NCBI RefSeq assembly: GCF_001457595.1
Contig: NZ_LN831039.1
Coordinates: 3,210,001-3,242,000, forward strand
Direction: 5' to 3'
DNA: 32,000 nucleotides
Source: Mycolicibacterium smegmatis
GTDB lineage: Bacteria > Actinomycetota > Actinomycetes > Mycobacteriales > Mycobacteriaceae
Shown here: positions 22,689-32,000 of the stretch, piece after piece
How positions within the stretch are numbered: the stretch's first letter is position 1
Layout of the letters: each line of letters starts with the position of its first letter
Position numbers and translations under genes: made by a program
Notes under the pieces: model-generated
What the model was told of the DNA's origin: nothing
The model's input: the letters and a program-made list of their open reading frames with translations, nothing else
Database searches by the model: none

Positions 22689-22722
22689 CCTCACGTTATG
22701 AATGAATTTGTGAGGCCGTCAA
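22689..22722 (-). promoter_or_regulatory. Predicted promoter of the sugar-uptake operon with overlapping inverted-repeat operator candidate
   Basis: Minus strand reads TTGACG (22717-22722), 18 bp spacer, TAACGT (22693-22698). Perfect inverted repeat CCTCAC-N15-GTGAGG spans 22689-22715: one arm lies just inside the -35 box and the other overlaps the downstream edge of the -10 box. Confidence 0.6.
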
Positions 22723-22739
22723 CATCCGCGCAATTTTTT

Positions 22740-22751
22740 GCTCATGTGAGC
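22740..22751. promoter_or_regulatory. Short palindrome GCTCATGTGAGC in the divergent intergenic region
   Basis: Perfect GCTCA-TG-TGAGC, upstream of the predicted minus-strand -35 box and 99 bp before the ppc start. Confidence 0.35.
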
Positions 22752-22850
22752 AGAGGCGGCTCGTGGTCGATCCGGCTGGTCGATCGCCGGTATGCGCGGG
22801 AGGGGGAGGCCCGGTCTGCGGCGCGTCGTGGCGGCACCGATACTTGTCTC

Positions 22851-25652
22851 ATGGCCGACTCGAATGACACCGCACTCGAACCGTTCGGATCGGTCCAACG
22901 GACCCACATCGGCCGGGAGGCCTCCGAGCCGATGCGTGAGGACATCCGCCTGCTCGGCGCGATCCTGGGTGACACCGTGCGTGAGCAGAACGGCGAAGAG
23001 GTGTTCGACCTGGTCGAGCGGGCCCGGGTGGAGTCGTTCCGGGTGCGCCGCTCGGAGATCGACCGGTCCGAGTTGGCAGACATGTTCAGCGGTGTCGACG
23101 CGCACCAGGCGATCCCGGTGATCCGGGCGTTCACGCATTTCGCGTTGCTGGCCAACGTCGCAGAGGACATCCACCGTGAGCGCCGCCGGGCCGTGCACGT
23201 GGCGGCCGGGAAACCGCCCCAGGACAGCAGCCTTGCTGCGACGTACCGCAAGCTCGACGCCGCCGACCTCGACGTCGACAAGGTGGCCGACACGCTGACA
23301 GGTGCGTTGGTGTCACCCGTGATCACCGCGCACCCGACCGAGACACGAAGGCGCACGGTGTTCGACACGCAACACCGCATCACCGAGCTGATGCGCCTGC
23401 GCCTGCACGGGCACACGCGCACCGACGACAACCGCGACATCGAGACCGAACTGCGCCGCCACATCCTGACCCTGTGGCAGACAGCGTTGATCCGGCTGTC
23501 GCGCCTGAAGATCTCCGACGAGATCGAGACGGGCCTGCGCTATTACGAGGCCGCGTTTTTCGACGTCATCCCGCAGGTCAACGCCGAGGTGCGCGATGCG
23601 CTGCGCAAGCGGTGGCCCGACGCGAAGCTGCTCGAAGAGCCGATCCTGCGTCCCGGCTCGTGGATCGGCGGCGACCGTGACGGAAACCCCAATGTCACAC
23701 CGGAAGTGGTGCGGCATGCGACCGGCCGTGCGGCCTACGTCGCGCTGGCGCACTACTTCGAACAGATCACCGCGCTCGAGCAGGAACTGTCGATGTCCGC
23801 GCGCCTGGTGAAGGTGACGCCGGCGCTCGCCGCGCTCGCCGACGCCTGCCACGAACCGGCCCGCGCCGACGAACCGTACCGGCGCGCGCTGCGGGTGATC
23901 CACGCGCGCCTCACCTCGACCGCGCGTGAGATCCTCGACGAGCAACCCGAGCACGAACTCGACCTGGGCCAGCCGCGGTACCAGACGCCCGCGGAGTTCC
24001 TCGCCGACCTCGACGCCGTCGACGGGTCGCTGCGTGCCAACGGCAGCCGCGTGCTGGCCGACGACCGGCTGGGGCGGTTGCGAGAAGCCGTGCGGGTCTT
24101 CGGATTCCACTTGTCCGGGCTCGACATGCGACAGAACTCCGACGTGCACGAGGAAGTGGTCGCCGAGCTGCTGGCGTGGGCCGGGGTGCATCCCGACTAC
24201 ACGTCGCTGTCCGAACCGCAGCGCGTCGAGCTGCTGGCCGCCGAGATCGCCACACGTCGCCCACTGATCCGCGAGGGTGCCGACCTCTCCGAACTGGCGC
24301 AGAAGGAACTCGGCATCGTCGCGGCCGCGGCCCGCGCGGTCAAGGTGTTCGGCCCGCAGGCGGTGCCCAACTACATCATCTCGATGTGTCAGTCGGTGTC
24401 CGACATGCTCGAGGCCGCCGTGCTGCTCAAAGAGGCCGGGCTGCTGGACATCTCGGGATCGACACCCTACGCCCCGGTGGGTGTCGTCCCGCTGTTCGAG
24501 ACCATCGACGACCTGCAGCGCGGCTCGTCGATCCTGGAGGCGGCGCTTGACCTGCCGGAGTACCGCACGATGGTCGATGCCCGCGACGGTCACCAGGAGG
24601 TCATGCTCGGGTACTCCGACTCCAACAAGGACGGCGGCTATCTCGCGGCGAACTGGGCGCTGTACCGCGCCGAACTCGACCTCGTGGAATCGGCCCGCAA
24701 GACCGGAATCCGGTTGCGGCTCTTCCACGGACGCGGCGGCACCGTGGGCCGCGGCGGCGGCCCCAGCTACGACGCCATCCTGGCGCAGCCACCGGGAGCG
24801 GTGAAGGGCTCGCTGCGGATCACCGAGCAGGGCGAGGTGATCGCGGCCAAGTACGCCGAGCCGCGGATCGCCCACCGCAACCTGGAGACGCTGCTGGCGG
24901 CGACGCTGGAAGCCAGCCTGCTCGACGTGGAGGGCCTGGGGGAGGAGGCCGAACCGGCCTACCAGGTCCTCGACGAACTGGCCGCGCTGGCACAACGGGC
25001 GTACTCCGAATTGGTGCACGAGACACCGGGTTTCGTCGAATATTTCAAGACCTCGACGCCGGTCAGCGAGATCGGTGCGCTCAACATCGGCAGCCGTCCC
25101 ACCTCACGCAAGCCGACGACGTCCATCGCGGACCTGCGCGCGATCCCGTGGGTGCTGGCGTGGAGCCAGTCGCGGGTCATGCTGCCCGGCTGGTACGGGA
25201 CGGGCTCGGCGTTCGAGAACTGGATCGGCACCGACCCGGACGGTGCTCGCCTGCGGGTGCTGCAGGACCTGTACGCACGGTGGCCGTTCTTCCGCACGGT
25301 GCTGTCGAACATGGCGCAGGTGCTGGCCAAGGCGGACATGGGGCTGGCGGCGCGCTACTCCGAACTGGTCGAGGACGCCGACCTGCGTGCGCGCGTGTTC
25401 GACAAGATCGTCGCCGAACACGACCGCACGATCCGCATGCACCGGTTGATCACGGGGCAGGACGATCTGCTGGCCGACAACGCGGCGCTGGCACGTTCGG
25501 TGTTCAACCGGTTCCCGTACCTGGAGCCGCTGAACCACCTGCAGGTCGAACTGTTGCGGCGCTACCGCTCCGGTGAGACCGACGAGTTGGTGCAGCGGGG
25601 CATCCTGCTCACCATGAGCGGGCTGGCCACCGCGCTGCGCAACAGCGGATAG
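22851..25652 (+). CDS. ppc: Phosphoenolpyruvate carboxylase
   Basis: ATG 22851 (the track's ORF start at 22587 overlaps the divergent gene and is too far upstream). [81 protein letters not shown], and C-terminal [12 protein letters not shown]. Confidence 0.97.
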   Translation: MADSNDTALEPFGSVQRTHIGREASEPMREDIRLLGAILGDTVREQNGEEVFDLVERARVESFRVRRSEIDRSELADMFSGVDAHQAIPVIRAFTHFALLANVAEDIHRERRRAVHVAAGKPPQDSSLAATYRKLDAADLDVDKVADTLTGALVSPVITAHPTETRRRTVFDTQHRITELMRLRLHGHTRTDDNRDIETELRRHILTLWQTALIRLSRLKISDEIETGLRYYEAAFFDVIPQVNAEVRDALRKRWPDAKLLEEPILRPGSWIGGDRDGNPNVTPEVVRHATGRAAYVALAHYFEQITALEQELSMSARLVKVTPALAALADACHEPARADEPYRRALRVIHARLTSTAREILDEQPEHELDLGQPRYQTPAEFLADLDAVDGSLRANGSRVLADDRLGRLREAVRVFGFHLSGLDMRQNSDVHEEVVAELLAWAGVHPDYTSLSEPQRVELLAAEIATRRPLIREGADLSELAQKELGIVAAAARAVKVFGPQAVPNYIISMCQSVSDMLEAAVLLKEAGLLDISGSTPYAPVGVVPLFETIDDLQRGSSILEAALDLPEYRTMVDARDGHQEVMLGYSDSNKDGGYLAANWALYRAELDLVESARKTGIRLRLFHGRGGTVGRGGGPSYDAILAQPPGAVKGSLRITEQGEVIAAKYAEPRIAHRNLETLLAATLEASLLDVEGLGEEAEPAYQVLDELAALAQRAYSELVHETPGFVEYFKTSTPVSEIGALNIGSRPTSRKPTTSIADLRAIPWVLAWSQSRVMLPGWYGTGSAFENWIGTDPDGARLRVLQDLYARWPFFRTVLSNMAQVLAKADMGLAARYSELVEDADLRARVFDKIVAEHDRTIRMHRLITGQDDLLADNAALARSVFNRFPYLEPLNHLQVELLRRYRSGETDELVQRGILLTMSGLATALRNSG

Positions 25653-25654
25653 CG

Positions 25655-26026
25655 TCACAGCCCGGTGCGTTTGCGCACCTGGCCCACGACACCGCGCACC
25701 GCGTTCTCGGTCATCGCGATGGGCGACATCACGGCCTCACCGATGCCCACCATCGCCTCGACGCGTGACACGATGCCCTCCAACCGCTCGACCACGCCGA
25801 TCAACCGGGGAGCGAGTTCGTCGATCCGCGTGATGGTGTCGTTGAACCGAGCGAGCGTGTCGTCGAGCCCACCGGTGGTCTTGTTGAGGTCGACCAGGGT
25901 GCTGCTCAGTTCGTCGAGCAGGGTCTCCACCTGCTCGACGGTCATGTCGGCGTTCAGCGCAGCCTGGGTGAGGGTCTTGATCCGACCGGAAACCGGGCGG
26001 CCGCGACCGTCCCCTTTGTCTGCCAT
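25655..26026 (-). CDS. Conserved mycobacterial small protein of unknown function (Rv1444c-like by context)
   Basis: Start at M of MADKGDGRGRPVSGRIKTLTQAALNADMTVEQVETLLDELSSTLVDLNKTTGGLDDTLARFNDTITRIDELAPRLIGVVERLEGIVSRVEAMVG. Placed downstream of pgl; predicted helical/coiled-coil. Confidence 0.75.
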   Translation of the reverse strand: MADKGDGRGRPVSGRIKTLTQAALNADMTVEQVETLLDELSSTLVDLNKTTGGLDDTLARFNDTITRIDELAPRLIGVVERLEGIVSRVEAMVGIGEAVMSPIAMTENAVRGVVGQVRKRTGL

Positions 26027-26079
26027 ACCCCCCAGTATGGGCAACGGGAGCGCCGAATACGGCGCATTTGCGTGGCGTC

Positions 26080-26814
26080 CTACAACTTGGCGGCGGCGGC
26101 CTCGTCGACCAGCCACACCGTGCGCTCACGGCCCACGGCGCCCGCGGCCGGGATGTCCACGGGATCGGCACCGCCGACCGCCGCGGCCACGGCGTCGGCC
26201 TTGGCCTCGCCCGACACCACGAGCCACACCTCGCGCGAGTTCTGAACCGCGGGCAACGTCAACGTGATTCGCCGCGGCGGCGGCTTGGGGGAGTCGGAGA
26301 CGCCGACGACGAGGCGCTCGGTCTCGCGGACCGCATCGGCGTCGGGGAACAACGAGTTGACGTGCCCCTCGCCGCCCATGCCGAGCAGATGCACATCGAA
26401 CCCGGGCACCGAGGAGTCGAAGTTGGCGGAGAGCAACTGCGCATATCCGGCCGCGGCGGCCTCGAGATCGTCACCGAACTCACCGTCGCTCGCGGCCATC
26501 GCGTGCACGTTCACCGGCGGGATGCCGATGTGGTCCAGCAGGGCCTCACGGGCCTGCTTGTCGTTGCGCTCGTCGTCGTCCTGCGGCACGAATCGTTCGT
26601 CGCCCCAGTAGATGTGCACCTTCGACCAGTCGATCTCGCCGCTGCGCTCACGGACCCGCTTGAGCAGGCCGATGCCGGTGCCGCCGCCGGTCAGGACGAT
26701 CGTGGCCTGACCACGCTCGCCGATCGCGGACGAGATGGCATCCACCAACCGGTCGCCGGCCGCGGCGACCAGCGCCGCAGTGTCCGCGTGACGTTCGATG
26801 ACGGTGTCGCTCAT
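26080..26814 (-). CDS. pgl: 6-phosphogluconolactonase
   Basis: Start at ATG 26812-26814. [84 protein letters not shown]. Confidence 0.94.
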   Translation of the reverse strand: MSDTVIERHADTAALVAAAGDRLVDAISSAIGERGQATIVLTGGGTGIGLLKRVRERSGEIDWSKVHIYWGDERFVPQDDDERNDKQAREALLDHIGIPPVNVHAMAASDGEFGDDLEAAAAGYAQLLSANFDSSVPGFDVHLLGMGGEGHVNSLFPDADAVRETERLVVGVSDSPKPPPRRITLTLPAVQNSREVWLVVSGEAKADAVAAAVGGADPVDIPAAGAVGRERTVWLVDEAAAAKL

Positions 26815-27722
26815 ACGTATTGCACCTTGTCGATTCCTTGCAGGGCTTCGCGGTAGATCTCGTCGGCGTCGAGGCGGCGGAGGTCCTCGGCGAGGCACTC
26901 CTTGGCCTCGCGTCGGGCCAGCGGTACCAGCGCGGCCGGCTTGCCGGTCCGGCTCAGCGTCGCGGTGATCCCGTCCTGCGGCCGCGACAGCATCACGGTC
27001 TCGCTGGGCCGGTTCAGTTCGACCTTGAGCTCACCGACCGCGCGCGTCACCGGCCCGTCGATCCGGCTGGCCAGCCAGCCGGCCAGGATGTCCAGTGCCG
27101 GTTCGTCCTTGAGCCCGGACACCACGGCCGAGGAGACCGGCTCGAAGGGCTCCTGGTCGACGGCGGCCGCCAGCAGCGCACGCCAGTAGGTGACGCGACT
27201 CCACGCCAGGTCGGTGTCCCCGGGGCTGTAGGCCTTGAGCCGGCTCTTGATGCACGCCAGCGGATCGGTGCCGTTGGTGGCGTCGGTGATGCGGCGAATG
27301 GCCAACTTACCCAACGGATCCTCCGAGGGGACCGCGGGCGCCACGGCCGGCCACCACGCCACCACAGGGGTGTCGGGCAGCAGGAACGGCAGTACCACAC
27401 TCGCCGAGTGGTCGGCGAGTTCACCGGACAGGCGCAGCACCACGACCTCACCGGCGCCGGCGTCGTGTCCCACGCGCAACTGCGCGTCGAGGCGCGGCGC
27501 GGCGGCGTCTCGGTCGCCGGGGACCACCACGATCACGCGGCAGGGATGCTCACGGCTCGCGAAGTTGGCCGCCTCGATCGAATCCTCGACCAGATCCTCG
27601 GTGTGCGGGGCGATCACCAGCGTCAGCACGCGGCTGAGCGTCAGGGCGCCGCCCTCTTCGCGCAGTCCGGTGATCTTCTTGTTGACGTCGTTGGTGCTGG
27701 TGTCGGGCAGGTCGACGATCAT
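26811..27722 (-). CDS. opcA: Glucose-6-phosphate dehydrogenase assembly protein OpcA
   Basis: 303 aa ORF: [37 protein letters not shown]...[21 protein letters not shown]. Lies between zwf and pgl with ATGA-type overlap into pgl. Confidence 0.94.
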   Translation of the reverse strand: MIVDLPDTSTNDVNKKITGLREEGGALTLSRVLTLVIAPHTEDLVEDSIEAANFASREHPCRVIVVVPGDRDAAAPRLDAQLRVGHDAGAGEVVVLRLSGELADHSASVVLPFLLPDTPVVAWWPAVAPAVPSEDPLGKLAIRRITDATNGTDPLACIKSRLKAYSPGDTDLAWSRVTYWRALLAAAVDQEPFEPVSSAVVSGLKDEPALDILAGWLASRIDGPVTRAVGELKVELNRPSETVMLSRPQDGITATLSRTGKPAALVPLARREAKECLAEDLRRLDADEIYREALQGIDKVQYV

Positions 27723-27738
27723 CTGAGCCCTCGCTTCG

Positions 27739-29289
27739 TCACGGACGTCTCCATTCCCGGCCCGTGCGCCGCAGCATCGCGTCGGCGGACGGCGGCCCCC
27801 ACGTTCCGGACTCGTACGGTTCGGGCTTGCCGTGCTGTGCCCAGTATTCGAGCACCGGATCCAGGATCTCCCAGGACAATTCGACTTCTTCGTTCACCGG
27901 GAACAACGACGGTTCGCCGAGCAGCACGTCGAGGATCAGGCGCTCGTAGGCCTCGGGGGAATCCTCGGCGAACGCCGAACCGTACGAGAAGTCCATGTTG
28001 ACGTCACGGACCTCCATGGCACTGCCGGGGACCTTCGAGCCGAAGCGCAGCGTGATGCCCTCGTCGGGCTGCACGCGGATCACCAGCGCGTTCTGGCCGA
28101 GTTCCTCGGTCATGGTCGCGTCGAACGGCAGGTGCGGAGCCCGCTTGAACACCAGCGCGATCTCGGTGACCCTGCGGCCCAGGCGTTTTCCGGTGCGCAG
28201 ATAGAACGGCACGCCCGCCCAGCGCCTGGTGTTGACCTCGAGGGTGATGGCCGCGTAGGTCTCGGTGGTCGAGTCCTTGGCGAAGCCCTCCTCGTCGAGC
28301 AGGCCGACGACCTTCTCGCCGCCCTGCCAGCCCGCAGAGTACTGGCCCCGCGCCGTGGTCTCATCGAGCGGCTCGGCGAGTTTCACCGCCGAGAGGATCT
28401 TGATCTTCTCGGTCTGCAACTCGTGCGGGCTGAAGCTGACTGGCTCCTCCAGTGCGGTGAGCGCCAGCAACTGCAGCAGGTGGTTCTGGATCACGTCGCG
28501 CGCGGCGCCGATGCCGTCGTAGTAGCCGGCCCGGCCCCCGAGGCCGATGTCCTCGGCCATGGTGATCTGCACGTGGTCGACGTAGTTGTTGTTCCAGATC
28601 GGCTCGTAGAGCGCGTTGGCGAAGCGCAGCGCCAGGATGTTCTGGACGGTCTCCTTGCCCAGGTAGTGGTCGATGCGGAACACCGACTCCTCCGGGAACA
28701 CGCTGTTGACCACCGAGTTGAGCTCGCGTGCGCTGCCGAGGTCGTGGCCGAACGGCTTCTCGATGACCACACGGCTCCACCGGCCGTCGCGCGGCTTGGC
28801 CAGGCCCGATTTGCGCAACTGCTCGCACACCACCGGGAAGGCGTTCGGCGGAATCGACAGGTAGAACGCGTGATTGCCGCCCGTGCCGCGCTCGATGTCG
28901 AGCTTGTCGAGGGTCTCGGCCAGACGCGTGAACGCGGTGTCGTCGTCGAACGTGCCCTGAACGAACCGGATGCCCTCGGCCAGGCGGTCCCAGACCTCCT
29001 GGCGGAACGGAGTTCTGGCGTGCTGGCGCACGGCGTCGTAGACGACCTGACCGAAGTCCTCGTCCTCCCAGTCACGCCGGGCGAAGCCGACGAGCGCGAA
29101 GGATGCCGGCAGCAGACCCCGGTTGGCGAGGTCGTAGATGGCCGGCATCAGCTTCTTGCGCGCGAGGTCGCCTGTGACACCGAAGATCACCACCCCGCAT
29201 GGCCCCGCGATGCGCGGCATGCGTTTGTCGCGTTTGTCGCGAAGGGGGTTGTGCCAGGTGGTGTCCGGCCGGTCGTTGACCGCTGTCAT
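27739..29289 (-). CDS. zwf: Glucose-6-phosphate 1-dehydrogenase
   Basis: Start at ATG 29287-29289 ([21 protein letters not shown]...), 516 aa. [61 protein letters not shown]. Confidence 0.97.
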   Translation of the reverse strand: MTAVNDRPDTTWHNPLRDKRDKRMPRIAGPCGVVIFGVTGDLARKKLMPAIYDLANRGLLPASFALVGFARRDWEDEDFGQVVYDAVRQHARTPFRQEVWDRLAEGIRFVQGTFDDDTAFTRLAETLDKLDIERGTGGNHAFYLSIPPNAFPVVCEQLRKSGLAKPRDGRWSRVVIEKPFGHDLGSARELNSVVNSVFPEESVFRIDHYLGKETVQNILALRFANALYEPIWNNNYVDHVQITMAEDIGLGGRAGYYDGIGAARDVIQNHLLQLLALTALEEPVSFSPHELQTEKIKILSAVKLAEPLDETTARGQYSAGWQGGEKVVGLLDEEGFAKDSTTETYAAITLEVNTRRWAGVPFYLRTGKRLGRRVTEIALVFKRAPHLPFDATMTEELGQNALVIRVQPDEGITLRFGSKVPGSAMEVRDVNMDFSYGSAFAEDSPEAYERLILDVLLGEPSLFPVNEEVELSWEILDPVLEYWAQHGKPEPYESGTWGPPSADAMLRRTGREWRRP

Positions 29290-30401
29290 TTCTTCGCGGC
29301 GTCGAGTTGGCCCTGGGTCGCGTCGAGCAGTTCCTGCCACGACTTCTCGAACTTCTCCACGCCCTCGTCTTCGAGGACACGGAACACGTCGGGCAGGTCG
29401 ATGCCGATCGCGGCGAGCTTGTCGAAGGTCTCCTGCGACGACGCGGCCGTACCGGCGATCGTGTTGCCGGTGATCTCGCCGTGGTCGGCCACGGCTTCGA
29501 GGGTCTTCTCCGGCATGGTGTTGACCGTGTTGGGAGCCACGAGTTCGGTGACGTACAGCGTGTCGGAGTACTCGGGGTTCTTCACGCCGGTCGAGGCCCA
29601 CAGCGGACGCTGCACGCGGGCGCCGTCGGCCTTCAGCTTTGCGAACCGGTCGCTGCCGAACACCTCTTCGTAGGCCGCGTAGGCCAGGCGGGCGTTGGCG
29701 ACGCCGGCCTTGCCGCGCAGCGCCAGTGCCTCGTCGCTGCCGATCTTCTCCAGTCGCGCGTCGATCTCGGTGTCCACGCGGGAGACGAAGAACGAAGCGA
29801 CGGAATGGATCTTGGACAGATCGTGGCCGGCTTCCTTGGCCTTCTCCAGGCCTTCGAGGTAGGCGTCCATCACCAGGCGGTGCCGCTCGACCGAGAAGAT
29901 CAGCGTCACGTTGACCGAGATGCCCTCGGCGATCACGGCGCTGATGGCGGGCAGGCCCGCCATGGTCGCGGGGATCTTGATCAGCAGGTTGGGCCGGTCG
30001 ACGATCTTCCACAGTTCGATCGCCTGCAGGATCGTCTTGTCGGTGTCGTGCGCCAGGCGCGGATCCACCTCGATGGACACCCGGCCGTCCACACCGTCGG
30101 AGGCCTCGTACTCCTTGGCCAGCAGATCGCACGCGTTGCGCACGTCGTCGGTGGTGACCGTGCGGATGGTGGCGTCGACGTCGGCGCCACGCGCGGCCAA
30201 CTCGTTGACCTGGGCGTCGTACGCGGTGCCCTTGGACAGTGCGGCCTGGAAGATCGACGGGTTGGTGGTGACACCGACAACGCTGCGGGTGTTGATCAGT
30301 TCGGTGAGGTTGCCGGTCTGCAACCGGTCACGCGAGAGGTCGTCGAGCCACACGGATACGCCCGCGGCACTCAGCGCCGCGAGATTCGGGTTCTGAGCCA
30401 T
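29286..30401 (-). CDS. tal: Transaldolase
   Basis: 371 aa ORF: [116 protein letters not shown]. Confidence 0.97.
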   Translation of the reverse strand: MAQNPNLAALSAAGVSVWLDDLSRDRLQTGNLTELINTRSVVGVTTNPSIFQAALSKGTAYDAQVNELAARGADVDATIRTVTTDDVRNACDLLAKEYEASDGVDGRVSIEVDPRLAHDTDKTILQAIELWKIVDRPNLLIKIPATMAGLPAISAVIAEGISVNVTLIFSVERHRLVMDAYLEGLEKAKEAGHDLSKIHSVASFFVSRVDTEIDARLEKIGSDEALALRGKAGVANARLAYAAYEEVFGSDRFAKLKADGARVQRPLWASTGVKNPEYSDTLYVTELVAPNTVNTMPEKTLEAVADHGEITGNTIAGTAASSQETFDKLAAIGIDLPDVFRVLEDEGVEKFEKSWQELLDATQGQLDAAKK

Positions 30402-30435
30402 GATTTGCCTCTTCTGCTAGTTGTTCGGTGCCCGA

Positions 30436-32000
30436 TCAGTTCTCGAGCGATCGCTCCGCCGCAGCGGCCACCGCTTCCGGGGTGAAACCGAACTCGCGGA
30501 ACAACGTCTTGTCGTCGGCCGACTCGCCGTAGTGCTCGATCGAGACGATCTCGCCGGTGTCGCCGACCAGCTTGTACCAACTCTGCGCCACGGCGGCCTC
30601 GACCGCCACACGCGCCGACACCGCGGGCGGGAGCACCGAGTCGCGGTATTCCTCGGGCTGCGACTCGAACCACTCGACGCACGGCATCGACACCACGCTG
30701 GCGGTGATTCCCTTGTCCGCCAGGATCTTCTGCGCTCCCACCGCGAGCTGCAGCTCCGAACCGGTGCCGATGATCACGACATCCGGGTTCTTCTCGGGCG
30801 TGCCGCCCAGCACGTATCCGCCGCGGGCCACACCCTCGGGGTCGGTGCCTTCGAGCACCGGGATCGGCTGGCGCGTCAGGATCATGCCGACCGGGCCGCT
30901 GCTGGAGCCGCGCTCCAGCACGCTCTTCCACGCGTAGGCGGTCTCGTTGGGGTCACCCGGGCGCACCACCGACAGGTTCGGGATCGCGCGCAGTGCCGCG
31001 AGATGCTCGATCGGCTGGTGGGTCGGGCCGTCCTCACCGAGACCGATCGAATCGTGCGTCCACACGTAGATCGGGTCGATGTCCATCAATGAGGCCAAAC
31101 GCACCGCGGGCCGCATGTAATCCGAGAACTGCAGGAAGGTTCCGCCGTAGGCGCGCGTCGGGCCGTGCAGCACGATGCCGGACAGGATCGCGCCCATCGC
31201 GTGCTCACGCACACCGAAGTGCAGCGTGCGCCCGTACCAGGTGGCGTTCCAGTCCTCGGTGGAGATCGACGGGGGACCGAACGAGTTGGCGCCCTTGATC
31301 GTGGTGTTGTTGCTGCCCGCGAGGTCGGCCGAACCGCCCCACAGCTCGGGCAGCTTCGGCCCGACCGCGGAGAGCACGGCACCCGAGGCCGCGCGGGTCG
31401 CGACGGGCTTGGCGTCGAGGTCCCAGTGCGGCAGATCGGCGTCCCAGCCCTCGGGCAGCTTGCCTGCCAGCAGGCGGTCGAGCAGCTCCTTGCGCTCGGG
31501 CTCACGCTGGGCCCACTCGTCGAAGGACACCTGCCACTCGTCGTGGGCCTTCTTGCCGCGGGCGACGAGCTCGCGGGTGTGCGCGATCACCTCGTCGCGC
31601 ACCTCGAAGTTCTTCTCCGGATCGAAGCCGAGGATCTTCTTGGTGGCGGCGACCTCGTCGGCGCCGAGTGCCGAGCCGTGCACGCCGCCGGTGTTCATCT
31701 TGTTGGGCGCGGGGTAGCCGATGATGGTCCGCAGCGCGATGAACGACGGCTTGTCGGTGACCTTGCGGGCCTCTTCGAGCGCCTGCTCGATGCCGACGAC
31801 GTTCTCGCCGCCCTGCACTTCCTGCACGTGCCAGCCGTAGGCTCGGTAGCGCGCGACCACGTCCTCGCTGAAGGCGATGTCGGTGTTGTGCTCGATGGAG
31901 ATCTTGTTGTCGTCCCAGATGACGATCAGGTTGCCCAGCTGCTGCGTTCCGGCCAGCGACGACGCCTCGCTGGTGACGCCCTCCTCCATGTCGCCGTCGG
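30436..32000 (-). CDS. tkt: Transketolase, C-terminal part (5' end beyond window)
   Basis: Frame stays open to the window edge (revcomp edge reads [36 protein letters not shown]). Contains [12 protein letters not shown]-like region, [47 protein letters not shown]. Confidence 0.97.
   Translation of the reverse strand, partial: DGDMEEGVTSEASSLAGTQQLGNLIVIWDDNKISIEHNTDIAFSEDVVARYRAYGWHVQEVQGGENVVGIEQALEEARKVTDKPSFIALRTIIGYPAPNKMNTGGVHGSALGADEVAATKKILGFDPEKNFEVRDEVIAHTRELVARGKKAHDEWQVSFDEWAQREPERKELLDRLLAGKLPEGWDADLPHWDLDAKPVATRAASGAVLSAVGPKLPELWGGSADLAGSNNTTIKGANSFGPPSISTEDWNATWYGRTLHFGVREHAMGAILSGIVLHGPTRAYGGTFLQFSDYMRPAVRLASLMDIDPIYVWTHDSIGLGEDGPTHQPIEHLAALRAIPNLSVVRPGDPNETAYAWKSVLERGSSSGPVGMILTRQPIPVLEGTDPEGVARGGYVLGGTPEKNPDVVIIGTGSELQLAVGAQKILADKGITASVVSMPCVEWFESQPEEYRDSVLPPAVSARVAVEAAVAQSWYKLVGDTGEIVSIEHYGESADDKTLFREFGFTPEAVAAAAERSLEN

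Noticed and set aside
23313-25019. 568 aa minus-strand ORF inside ppc (and 27832..29673 plus-strand ORF inside zwf/tal)
   Set aside because: Both lie entirely opposite well-supported enzymes and show no recognisable motifs.

Overview
This 32 kb window is chromosomal, high-GC and actinobacterial. Gene content and order look like a fast-growing Mycobacterium of the M. smegmatis type (inference from remembered synteny, no database search). It is almost fully coding. From left to right: the end of ribH; a PH-domain protein; a GNAT protein and a gamma-glutamyltransferase lipoprotein (both minus); uvrC; the conserved rapZ-yvcK(cuvA)-whiA block; an apparently short SOUL/HBP-like gene overlapping a TIGR01777-type epimerase with an N-terminal SRPBCC-like domain; the glycolytic block gap-pgk-tpiA-secG; and a class-2 O-methyltransferase-like gene. 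These are followed by a seven-gene minus-strand carbohydrate uptake and catabolism operon: substrate-binding lipoprotein, zinc MDR dehydrogenase, FGGY kinase, SorC-family regulator, RbsA-like ATPase, RbsC-like permease and deoC. Next come ppc and the minus-strand pentose-phosphate block (conserved small protein, pgl, opcA, zwf, tal, tkt truncated at the window edge). There are no convincing tRNA/rRNA genes, CRISPR arrays, mobile elements or defence systems. The best candidate for under-described biology is the 14.7-22.7 kb operon. Its parts resemble an lsr or deoxyribonucleoside system combined with a polyol dehydrogenase. Its single divergent-region promoter (TTGACG-18-TAACGT) is overlapped by a perfect CCTCAC-N15-GTGAGG inverted repeat that looks like an operator. 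Smaller observations are a non-canonical Walker A in RapZ, the short SOUL gene, a hairpin-rich region after secG and a possibly leaderless ppc.
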